DNA of 41,775 bases from Tolypothrix carrinoi HA7290-LM1 (lineage in GTDB: Bacteria > Cyanobacteriota > Cyanobacteriia > Cyanobacteriales > Nostocaceae). Under the pieces are notes generated by a model. The model saw only the letters and a program-made list of their open reading frames with translations. It was not told the DNA's origin and made no database searches. Below are positions 29,553 through 37,618 of this stretch, in pieces; the stretch's first letter is position 1; every line of letters begins with the position of its first letter. Both the position numbers and the translations under genes were made by a program. The stretch spans positions 1 through 41,775 of the forward strand of contig JAHHIK010000072.1 in assembly GCA_019358935.1 (NCBI GenBank), read 5' to 3'.

Positions 29553-30651
29553 GGGTAAGTTCCTCCTTTTTCCCTAAGATACCTTGAGGACGCCAAACCA
29601 TCAGTACAATCAAAATTAAACCAATTATCATGATGCGAAATGCACCCGCTTGTTCAGTGCTGAGAGCTGGGAAAATATCATCCAAGTATTCACGGGTAAG
29701 GGCATCATAAGCAAAGTAAATTACAGCACCTAAAATCGTACCGATATTATTACCACTCCCGCCCAAAATTACCATAATCCAACAGTCAAAGGTTAGCTGT
29801 GGTTGGAAATTATCAGGATAAATCGCGCTGAGTTGCCATGCAAAGAAAGCACCAGCGATACCAGCGATCGCACCACCCAGCATTAAAGATTGTAGTTTAT
29901 ACCAAAAGACATTTTTACCCAAAGCCTTAGGAATTTCTTCATCTTCGCGAATCGCTTTGAGAATTCTACCCCAAGGCGATCGCACTAAAACTTGCAAGCG
30001 CCAAAATACTAAAGCTAATACTAGCAGTGACGACAGCATCAAACCAGCTTTTGGGTTGTAATCATATAACGCGATCGCTCCAGAAATATAAATTGCGATC
30101 GTCAACAGTGCAAATAAAATTCCCACTCCTAAGTGTGTAGCAAATTCTTGCTTGCTACCTAACTTTTTCGTGCTGCGAATCCAACGCCATAACGAATATA
30201 AAGTTATACCACCCAACAGCGTCAGCAACCCAATCATGATTAATCTAACAATCAAATTAGGCGTTGTAGATAAAGGTATAGTATAACTTTGCACACCAAA
30301 CGCACCAGATACCCAAGTATCACCCACAGGTAAATCCTGGTTATTCACCACCAGGCGAATTAATTCCCCAACACCGATAGTTACAATTGCCAAATAATCT
30401 TCCCGCAAGCGCAGAGTTGAGAAACCAATTACCAAACCTAACAAAGCCGCCAAAACTCCCCCAATTACTGCCGAAATCAACAGCGGAACCCCCTTTAAGC
30501 TTAACAACACAGTTGTATAAGCTCCCAAAGTCATAAAAGCAACATGTCCAAAGTTAATTAACCCCGTAAACCCCCACTGCAAATTCAGTCCCAAAGCGAA
30601 CAAAGCAAAAATAGACGTAGAAATCGCCAAGAAAATAAGATAATCAGCCAT
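29542..30651 (-). CDS. natC: Neutral/branched-chain amino acid ABC transporter permease (LivM-like)
   Basis: GLNLQWGFTGLINFGHVAF, LRLREDYLAIVT, SPWGRILKAIREDE, RPQGILG; overlaps the natA start. Confidence 0.92.
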   Translation of the reverse strand: MADYLIFLAISTSIFALFALGLNLQWGFTGLINFGHVAFMTLGAYTTVLLSLKGVPLLISAVIGGVLAALLGLVIGFSTLRLREDYLAIVTIGVGELIRLVVNNQDLPVGDTWVSGAFGVQSYTIPLSTTPNLIVRLIMIGLLTLLGGITLYSLWRWIRSTKKLGSKQEFATHLGVGILFALLTIAIYISGAIALYDYNPKAGLMLSSLLVLALVFWRLQVLVRSPWGRILKAIREDEEIPKALGKNVFWYKLQSLMLGGAIAGIAGAFFAWQLSAIYPDNFQPQLTFDCWIMVILGGSGNNIGTILGAVIYFAYDALTREYLDDIFPALSTEQAGAFRIMIIGLILIVLMVWRPQGILGKKEELTLGK

Positions 30652-30655
30652 AGTT

Positions 30656-30705
30656 ATTAGTCATCAGTCATTAGTCATTAGTCATTAGTCATTTGTCATT
30701 TGTCA
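30656..30705. repeat. Heptamer STRR (TTAGTCA/TTTGTCA) array immediately upstream of the natC start
   Basis: About seven tandem GTCATTA-like units. Confidence 0.85.
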
Positions 30706-30829
30706 AGAGTTCCCCCTCATCCCCCCCTCCGTTAACCATTGGTATTTTGTGGGAACAATATTACAGGGATAAGTAAGCAGGCAAAAATAAAAAACTTTTG
30801 TAAATAAATGTAAAAATGCTCTTTTCTTC

Positions 30830-31032
30830 TGCCCAATGCCCAATGACGGCAGGTGCTCCACGCAGGTGATCCCCAAGACCGCACAGCCAAACCTATGCCC
30901 AATGCCCAATGCCCAATGACGGCAGGTGCTCCACGCAGGTGATCCCCAAGACCGCACAGCCAAACCTATGCCCAATGCCCAATGCCCAATGCCCCATGCC
31001 CAATGCCCAATGCCCCATGCCCAATGCCCCAT
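30830..31032. repeat. TGCCCAA STRR array containing a 73-bp tandem duplication of an SDR-type unit
   Basis: GACGGCAGGTGCTCCACGCAGGTGATCCCCAAGACCGCACAGCCAAACCTA at 30845 and 30918, embedded in TGCCCAA/TGCCCCA heptamers. Confidence 0.88.
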
Positions 31033-31041
31033 AATTAATAT

Positions 31042-31245
31042 ATGAACTTGCTGCGAATCAGAATACATCATTTAATCGAGCAGTTAGCCGATGATGACCT
31101 CCAAGAGACTTGGAGCGTTATGCACGCTTTATATTGTGACTATTACATGCTCAAAGCCATAGAAGAAGTCAAGCGATCGCACCAACCGTGGGATACCTTA
31201 ACTCATGATGAAGCGCTGCGTCTGTTAATGTTTTTCACTCATTAG
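31042..31245 (+). CDS. Small helical protein, putative antitoxin
   Basis: 67 aa, ends DTLTHDEALRLL as many RelB-partner-like proteins do; directly upstream of a RelE-like gene. Confidence 0.65.
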   Translation: MNLLRIRIHHLIEQLADDDLQETWSVMHALYCDYYMLKAIEEVKRSHQPWDTLTHDEALRLLMFFTH

Positions 31246-31305
31246 CCAGCGTTTTCGTGTCTTGTGTCGGTAAGGAGTCAAAATTTGGTTAAGGTGATGC
31301 TTGCT

Positions 31306-31563
31306 GTGAATCGGGAAGTCCGCTATGCAAAGTCTTTTTTAATAGATTTGAAAAATTTAGAACCGGCTGCCTACCAGCGGGTGTATAATTTTGTGTTTAT
31401 TGAGTTTGCTGACAAATCGCCGCTGCATTGCTTACCAGAATTGCGGCAGCTAGACAGCGACGGCATTTTTCACCGCTTCACCCTGGATAATTATCTCATC
31501 GGCATAGAAATTCGGGGTCAAATCGTCAAATTTTTGCGAGTTGTACCTATGCCGGATGTTTAA
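31306..31563 (+). CDS. RelE/ParE-fold toxin-like protein
   Basis: EVRYAKSFLIDLKNL...HRFTLDNYLIG.....VKFLRV matches the RelE layout; start uncertain (31264, 31297 or 31306). Confidence 0.7.
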   Translation: MNREVRYAKSFLIDLKNLEPAAYQRVYNFVFIEFADKSPLHCLPELRQLDSDGIFHRFTLDNYLIGIEIRGQIVKFLRVVPMPDV

Positions 31564-31569
31564 ATTAAG

Positions 31570-31789
31570 TGGGGATTGGGCATGGGGCAATTGTTTAATG
31601 GGCAATTGTTTAATGGGCATTGTTTAATGGGCAATTGTTTAATGGGCAATGGGAACGTGAGAATAAAGTCAAATCTTTTTCCCATACCCCATGCCCTATG
31701 CCCCATGCCCCATGCCCCATGCCCAATGCCCCATGCCCAATGCCCCATGCCCAATGCCCAATGCCCAATGCCCCATGCCCAATGCCCAA
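31570..31789. repeat. Inverted STRR arrays upstream of pgi
   Basis: GGGCAATTGTTTAAT 15-mers at 31586-31650 and complementary ATGCCCC/ATGCCCA heptamers at 31681-31789. Confidence 0.88.
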
Positions 31790-31875
31790 CACTTAAAACT
31801 GTATAAGACTGAGCAGGGATCGCTATAAGCTTAAACTAAACTTGTTTGTGAAAATCACTTAACTAGAGATTTCCT

Positions 31876-33462
31876 ATGGATGCTACGGCACTTTGGCAAC
31901 GATACCAAGATTGGTTATATTACCACGAAGGACTAGGATTTTATCTAGATATCAGTCGAATGCGGTTTGATGATGCCTTCGTAGAGTCGTTGCAGCCGAA
32001 GTTTGACAAAGCGTTTGCCGATATGGTGGAACTGGAGAAGGGAGCGATCGCCAATCCAGACGAAAATCGTATGGTAGGGCATTACTGGCTGCGAAATCAT
32101 ACTTTAGCACCTACTCCAGCACTTCAAGACGAAATTGTCAACACAACCGAGCAAATCGAAGCATTCGCCGAAAAAGTCAAAACAGGTGGGATTCATCCTC
32201 CTAGAGCACAACGCTTTACTGATATTATCTCCATCGGTATTGGTGGATCTGCCCTCGGACCGCAATTTGTCGCCCAAGCGCTTGCCCCGGATTTCCCACC
32301 TCTAAAAATTCACTTTATCGACAATAGCGATCCGGCAGGTATCGATCGCATTTTGACTCATTTGCGAAACAGTCTTGCCAGCACTTTGGTGTTAGTTATC
32401 TCCAAATCTGGAGGAACACCAGAACCGCGCAACGGTATGATTGAAGTGAAAAAAGCTTACGCCGGACAGAATTTAGACTTTGCTAATTATGCGGTAGCTA
32501 TCACCAGTGCCGATAGCAACCTTGATAAATTGGCAAAATCTGAAGGCTGGATGGCAACCTTTCCCATGTACGACTGGGTAGGAGGACGCACCTCTGAATT
32601 GTCTGCCGTGGGGCTAGTACCTGCCGCATTACAAGGCATCGACATTCGCGAGATGCTAGAAGGTGCGAAAGAAATGGACGACGCCACACGCATTCACGAT
32701 GTCAAAAAGAACCCAGCAGCATTGTTAGCTTTATCTTGGTACTATGCTGGCAACGGACGCGGCGAAAAAGACATGGTTGTCCTACCTTATAAAGACAGTT
32801 TATTTCTATTTAGCCGCTATTTGCAACAGCTGGTGATGGAATCTTTAGGCAAAGAAAAAGACTTAGACGGCAACACTGTTTATCAAGGCATCGCCGTTTA
32901 TGGCAACAAAGGCTCAACCGACCAACACGCTTACGTGCAACAATTGCGCGAGGGCGTGGCGAATTTCTTTGCCACCTTCATCGAAGTTTTGGAAGATCGT
33001 AACGGTGCATCTCCAGAAATAGATCCTGGAGTCACATCAGGCGATTATCTTTCAGGGTTTCTCCAAGGAACTAGACAAGCGCTTTATGAAAATCACCGCG
33101 ATTCGATTACAGTCACCATTCCCCAAGTTAATCCTCGCACAGTTGGGGCGTTAATTGCTTTGTACGAACGCGCTGTTGGTTTTTATGCCAGTTTAGTCAA
33201 CATTAATGCCTACCATCAACCAGGTGTAGAAGCTGGTAAAAAAGCCGCCGCAACCATTCTCGATTTGCAAAAACGAGTCGTGGAAGTGCTGCAAACCGAA
33301 AAAACTCCCCTTTCTTTGCAGGAAATTGCCGAAAAAGCCAACGCATCCGACCAAATTGAGCCAATTTACAAAATTGTGCGTCATCTTGCCGCAAATCAAC
33401 GCGGTGTAGTGTTGCACGGTCATCTTGGGGAACCCAGTAGTTTGAAAATTTCTCTCAGTTGA
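31876..33462 (+). CDS. pgi: Glucose-6-phosphate isomerase
   Basis: [59 protein letters not shown]. Confidence 0.98.
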   Translation: MDATALWQRYQDWLYYHEGLGFYLDISRMRFDDAFVESLQPKFDKAFADMVELEKGAIANPDENRMVGHYWLRNHTLAPTPALQDEIVNTTEQIEAFAEKVKTGGIHPPRAQRFTDIISIGIGGSALGPQFVAQALAPDFPPLKIHFIDNSDPAGIDRILTHLRNSLASTLVLVISKSGGTPEPRNGMIEVKKAYAGQNLDFANYAVAITSADSNLDKLAKSEGWMATFPMYDWVGGRTSELSAVGLVPAALQGIDIREMLEGAKEMDDATRIHDVKKNPAALLALSWYYAGNGRGEKDMVVLPYKDSLFLFSRYLQQLVMESLGKEKDLDGNTVYQGIAVYGNKGSTDQHAYVQQLREGVANFFATFIEVLEDRNGASPEIDPGVTSGDYLSGFLQGTRQALYENHRDSITVTIPQVNPRTVGALIALYERAVGFYASLVNINAYHQPGVEAGKKAAATILDLQKRVVEVLQTEKTPLSLQEIAEKANASDQIEPIYKIVRHLAANQRGVVLHGHLGEPSSLKISLS

Positions 33463-33577
33463 TAGGTGTAGTACTTTAAGCACATTTTGGCAACTTTTGT
33501 CGCGTGTGCAACAATTTTTTATTTTTGGGCATCCTAGATTGAAGAGACTTCAATTTTTAGGATGCTTTTTTTAGGAT

Positions 33578-34024
33578 ATGAAAAACGTGCGATCGCTGGA
33601 AATCCGTCCCCTAGAATCTATCAAAGGAGGGATGACTCACTTTTTTACTCCCCAAGCCAGCCATGAAACAATGCTGGTACAAATTCCTGCAAATACAATA
33701 GATGATTTGTTTGTTCACAAATCGCAAACAGACCAATTATTACTAGTTAAAGGTGAGTTTGTCTTAGTAACTTTAATTAACAAGAAATACCAATATCTTG
33801 CTTTAAGCGAAAATTACCCAGCAGTAGTAACAATTCCACCCGGAGTCTTACATGGAGCAATTAATTTAAGTTCCGAACCATGTGTTTTAGTCAATGCAGT
33901 ATTGCGTCACAGACCAACCCAAGAGCGAGATTATGTAACTCGCGGACGACCCTTTCCTTATGACTTAACAGCAGCAGAAGCCGCTTTAAAGCAACTGCAA
34001 ACAACACAGAAACAACCTGTATAA
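33578..34024 (+). CDS. Cupin-fold protein (dTDP-4-dehydrorhamnose 3,5-epimerase-like)
   Basis: FVHKSQTDQLLLVKG and VTIPPGVLHGAIN cupin motifs. Confidence 0.8.
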   Translation: MKNVRSLEIRPLESIKGGMTHFFTPQASHETMLVQIPANTIDDLFVHKSQTDQLLLVKGEFVLVTLINKKYQYLALSENYPAVVTIPPGVLHGAINLSSEPCVLVNAVLRHRPTQERDYVTRGRPFPYDLTAAEAALKQLQTTQKQPV

Positions 34025-34145
34025 TTAGTAGGGTGGGCAATGCCCACCTGTATATTACTTTAGATATTGCAAATTAATTTATATGAAAAATATAATAATC
34101 CTAAATAAGAGCGTAAAACTCTCTCCTTCCTCTTCCTCTGCTTCG

Positions 34146-34234
34146 CGCCAGTCGCTACAACGGGGGGAACCCCAACGCCAGGTGCCTCAACGGAGGGAAC
34201 CTCCGCACAGCACTGGCTCCGCAACGCGCTGGCT
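34146..34234. mobile_element. Nested SDR-type elements (one inside another), copy 1
   Basis: Outer CGCCAGTCGCTACAACGGGGGGAACCCC...CGCAACGCGCTGGCT interrupted by inner CGCCAGGTGCCTCAACGGAGGGAACCTCCGCACAGCACTGGCT (34176-34218). Confidence 0.75.
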
Positions 34235-34341
34235 TCTCTGTGTCTCTGCGGTTCGTTTTTCAAAAGCCTTTATTTCAAAAATAAAATAAAACTATTAATA
34301 TTGATACTATGAAAATAATGTCAATAGATAGACTTAAAATT

Positions 34342-34659
34342 ATGACAGAATCAACACCAAAACGCTTAGTACGCAGAGGCAGAATATTTCCCGAAATAAC
34401 CATATCACCAGAAGAACTAGCCAAACGTAAAGCCGAAAGAAACGCATTTCATCAACGTTGTCGAGCAATTTTTGAACGAGTGCGTCCCCAATTCATCGAT
34501 AAACACTATGGCTGGTATATTGCTGTTGAACCAGATAGCGGTGATTACTTCATTGATGCAGATATAGAACTAGCAAGCCATAAAGCACGCGATAAGCACC
34601 CAAATGCTGTACACTGTATGTTTTGCCTGAATGAGACTGGAGCCACTGGCACAATATGA
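34342..34659 (+). CDS. Small DUF5678-like protein, copy 1
   Basis: PQFIDKHYGWYIAVEPDSGDYFID...KARDKHP; start set by comparison with copy 2; stop overlaps the protease ATG (ATGA). Confidence 0.8.
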   Translation: MTESTPKRLVRRGRIFPEITISPEELAKRKAERNAFHQRCRAIFERVRPQFIDKHYGWYIAVEPDSGDYFIDADIELASHKARDKHPNAVHCMFCLNETGATGTI

Positions 34660-35018
34660 TACAGGGCATGTTTGGCGATAGAGGGCAGCTATTTTTTGAG
34701 ATTGAATTAATTAGTGTTAATCGGTTCAATCTGCCTGTGGATGCCATGTTGGATACTGGTTTCACAGGCTTTCTGGCTATTAATAAACAAGATTTAGACG
34801 CTCTTAATTGGCAATTTATTCGTGAACAAGAATTGCTCACGGCACAAGGGGAAAGTCTTTTTGAAATCTATTCAGGTAAAATAGTTTTGGATGAACAAGA
34901 GTATGAAATTCCGGTTTTTGCCGGAGATGAAATTATAGAAGTATTGCTGGGTTCAGAGTGGTTAAAAATTCTACCTTTAGTGGTGAATTATCAAGCTGGA
35001 ATATTGACGCTGGGATAA
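34656..35018 (+). CDS. Clan AA (retropepsin-like) aspartic protease, copy 1
   Basis: AMLDTGFTG catalytic motif, flap TAQG, VLLGSEWL. Confidence 0.88.
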   Translation: MIQGMFGDRGQLFFEIELISVNRFNLPVDAMLDTGFTGFLAINKQDLDALNWQFIREQELLTAQGESLFEIYSGKIVLDEQEYEIPVFAGDEIIEVLLGSEWLKILPLVVNYQAGILTLG

Positions 35019-35021
35019 TTA

Positions 35022-35152
35022 TTAGCTAGTTGGTAAGTCGCGGAGAAAATAAAAGCGATCGCTTCTCCAATATGAGCCTTTAATTCGTCCCAAGTAGCCT
35101 GTTAAAGGTGAGGAAAGTTCAATCACTAAGTCATGAACTGTCTCATCTGTTA
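35022..35152 (-). pseudogene. 3'-terminal fragment of a second allele of the DUF1802-like/nuclease gene
   Basis: Reads ..TDETVHDLVIELSSPLTGYLGRIKGSYWRSDRFYFLRDLPTS*, versus HPQEMHEILIELSSPLTGYLGRIKGSDWRSDRFYFLRDLPTS* in the intact gene. Confidence 0.85.
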
Positions 35153-35298
35153 ACACAGAAACAACCTGTATAATTAGTAAGGTGGGCAATGCCGACCTAT
35201 ATATTAATGTAGATAAACTAGCAAATTAATTTATCTAAAAAACTATAGCATTCCTAAATAAGAGCGTAAAACTCTCTTCCTCCTCTTCCTCTGCGTCG

Positions 35299-35387
35299 CG
35301 CCAGTCGCTACAACGGGGGGAACCCCAACGCCAGGTGCCTCAACGGAGGGAACCTCCGCACAGCACTGGCTCCGCAACGCGCTGGCT
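35299..35387. mobile_element. Nested SDR-type elements, copy 2
   Basis: Same 89-nt sequence as 34146-34234. Confidence 0.75.
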
Positions 35388-35449
35388 TCTCTGTGCCTCT
35401 GCGGTTCGTTTAAAAAATAATTATCCCAACTCATATAGAATTATAAAAT

Positions 35450-35479
35450 CTATTGATACTATGAAAATAATATCAATAG
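35450..35479 (+). promoter_or_regulatory. Operator-like inverted repeat upstream of the small-protein/protease pair
   Basis: CTATTGATA-N12-TATCAATAG, ending 10 nt before the ATG; near-identical at 34299-34326 in copy 1. Confidence 0.5.
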
Positions 35480-35489
35480 GCTTAAAACT

Positions 35490-35807
35490 ATGACAGAATC
35501 AACACCAAAACCTGTGGTACGCAGAGGCAGAATATTTCCCGAAATTACCATATCACCAGAAGAACTAGCCAAACGTAAAGCCGAAAAAGATGCATTTCAT
35601 CAACGTTGTCGAGCAATTTTTGAACGAGTGCGTCCTCAATTCATCGATAAACACTATGGCTGGTATATTGCCGTCGAGCCTGATAGTGGTGATTATTTCA
35701 TTGATGCAGATAATATGCAAGCTCACAAAAAAGCCCGCGAGAAGTATCCAAATGCTGACCACTGCGTTTTCTGCTTGAATGAAACTGGAGCCACTGGCAC
35801 CATATGA
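35490..35807 (+). CDS. Small DUF5678-like protein, copy 2
   Basis: Paralog of 34342-34659; ATGA overlap with the protease gene. Confidence 0.8.
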   Translation: MTESTPKPVVRRGRIFPEITISPEELAKRKAEKDAFHQRCRAIFERVRPQFIDKHYGWYIAVEPDSGDYFIDADNMQAHKKAREKYPNADHCVFCLNETGATGTI

Positions 35808-36166
35808 TACAGGGTACATTTGGTGAGAGGGGGCAGCTATTTTTTGAGATTGAATTAATTACTGCTGATAATGTAAATTTGCCTGTGGATGCGATGTTAG
35901 ATACTGGTTTCACAGGCTTTATTGCAATGAATAAACAAGATTTAGACGGTCTTGATTGGACTTATATTGGTCGAGATGAACTGCGAACCGCACAAGGGGA
36001 AAGTTCTTTTGAAATCTATTTAGGTAAAATAGTTTTGGATGAACAAGAGTATGAAATTCCGGTTTTTGCTGGAGATGAAATTACAGAAGTATTGCTGGGT
36101 TCAGAGTGGTTAAAAATTCTACCTTTGGTAGTGAATTATCAAGCTGGAATATTGACGCTGGGATAA
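35804..36166 (+). CDS. Clan AA (retropepsin-like) aspartic protease, copy 2
   Basis: AMLDTGFTG, TAQG, VLLGSEWL; 120 aa as in copy 1. Confidence 0.88.
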   Translation: MIQGTFGERGQLFFEIELITADNVNLPVDAMLDTGFTGFIAMNKQDLDGLDWTYIGRDELRTAQGESSFEIYLGKIVLDEQEYEIPVFAGDEITEVLLGSEWLKILPLVVNYQAGILTLG

Positions 36167-36169
36167 TTA

Positions 36170-37618
36170 TTAGCTAGTTGGTAAGTCGCGGAGAAAATAA
36201 AAGCGATCGCTTCTCCAATCACTGCCTTTAATTCGTCCCAAGTAGCCTGTTAAAGGTGATGAAAGCTCAATTAATATTTCGTGCATTTCTTGAGGATGTA
36301 ATTTAGTAGATGAAATAGCACTAAATGCACCATGTAGAGAATCAACACTCGCTCTTTCAAATCCGGTCTTTTCTAAATAGTTTTTCACTAATTCGATAAG
36401 TTGCGATCGCAAAGCAATCTGTTTTTCTACTTGATTAATATATTCATCAATTTTATTGTCAATTTGTCCTTGTTCTAAATATTGCTTCAATTCAACTAAA
36501 TTTACAGAACCTGGATATTTTGCTTTTAATTCAACTAGCTTTTGTAAAGTCATAGCATTAATAATACTGATTTTAGATATTTGAGCAGATTGTTTAAGTT
36601 GTTTTGTTGGTTGACCAGGACCGATAATCAACCGAACAGCCATCATATAATTTTCTTGAAGATGTCTTTTGCCAATTCGATCCAATTCCTCAACAGTGCG
36701 ATCGGGAATGCTTTTACCAGCCTTACATTCACAAACGAGGGGATAGGGTTGTGAGCAAAATAAGTCTAAACCTCCTGCACCACCTTTATAGTCTTCCTCA
36801 ACTTTAAATCCTAAAAAATTAAGACTTTGACGAGTAATATTTTCAAAATCTGTCCCAGCTTGATAGTTGCTTTTTTTCTCTTCTAGTTCGATGCTGCGAT
36901 CGCCTAATTTAGCAATATCATTTATCCAAGTTAAATTTGAATCAATTTGCTTGACAAATTGCTCACTACTCCAACCTAAAAAGACTTTGATATCTTGTTC
37001 TAATTGTTTAGCTGCTGGGTTGGTGGTAGCAAGGGAAATTAAAGCACTTTGCAATTTTTCTAATTCAGGATGCAGCGGTTGCTGTAAATTTTGTAACTGG
37101 TGTTTGCGGATGTTGAAGAGGCGATCGCTTAACACCGGATTTACGTCAGAAACAGTTATAGGCTGCGGTAAGGCAATAAACTGGCTATTTCCCTTGACAT
37201 TAACTTTAACTGGTTCAGTTAACTGATAAACTCGCAGGTAAGTAAGAAAAATATTGTGCCGTTGGACAAGTATTTCTTGTAAAGCTTCTGTTGTCCAAAT
37301 TGTTAGGTGTGATAAAGCAGCTAATGATTCTGCATTATCTAGAATTTGGCACTGCTCACACGTTGCCCAGGCTTTAATTAAGAAGGTTTCAGTATTTAGT
37401 TCGGCAAGAGAACTTTGGGCAATAGACAATAAACTTGAGTGATAATACCGCTCAACTTGCAGCACATTTCTTGATGCATCTATTGAGCAAAGAGTAAATT
37501 TACGCCCTGGAGCAATAAATTGTTTCGGTATAGCTAAAATTTCTCGTCCTTGCAATAAAGCCTCAATTTCCGGCGCAGGCAAGCACAAAGCGGTACTAAT
37601 CACAACAGAATTATTCAT
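36170..37618 (-). CDS. DUF1802/ASCH-like domain + PD-(D/E)xK (Mrr-like) restriction endonuclease + C-terminal winged-helix-like domain
   Basis: TALCLPAPEIEALLQGR (ASCH/PUA-like start), FLTYLRVYQL; GTDFENITRQSLNFLGF..GGLDLF..LVCECKAG nuclease motif. Confidence 0.8.
   Translation of the reverse strand: MNNSVVISTALCLPAPEIEALLQGREILAIPKQFIAPGRKFTLCSIDASRNVLQVERYYHSSLLSIAQSSLAELNTETFLIKAWATCEQCQILDNAESLAALSHLTIWTTEALQEILVQRHNIFLTYLRVYQLTEPVKVNVKGNSQFIALPQPITVSDVNPVLSDRLFNIRKHQLQNLQQPLHPELEKLQSALISLATTNPAAKQLEQDIKVFLGWSSEQFVKQIDSNLTWINDIAKLGDRSIELEEKKSNYQAGTDFENITRQSLNFLGFKVEEDYKGGAGGLDLFCSQPYPLVCECKAGKSIPDRTVEELDRIGKRHLQENYMMAVRLIIGPGQPTKQLKQSAQISKISIINAMTLQKLVELKAKYPGSVNLVELKQYLEQGQIDNKIDEYINQVEKQIALRSQLIELVKNYLEKTGFERASVDSLHGAFSAISSTKLHPQEMHEILIELSSPLTGYLGRIKGSDWRSDRFYFLRDLPTS

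Larger units (their letters stand above)
34003..36270. repeat. Tandem duplication, unit ~1149 bp
   Basis: AACACAGAAACAACCTGTATAATTAGTA at 34003 and 35152; each unit holds the REP hairpin, nested SDR element, two genes and the 3' end of the nuclease gene. Confidence 0.93.

Noticed and set aside
30830..31032. Possible mini-CRISPR or the 122-aa ORF 30703-31071
   Set aside because: It is an exact duplication within heptamer STRRs; the ORF is translated repeat (GIGHWA).
31560..31806. Three short ORFs upstream of pgi
   Set aside because: Translations of heptamer and 15-mer repeats (CPMPHA, GIGHGA).
34060..34289. ORFs over the nested repeat (also 35243-35434 and 23062-23286)
   Set aside because: They lie wholly within MITE/SDR sequence; NEPQRHRE-type peptides are repeat translations.
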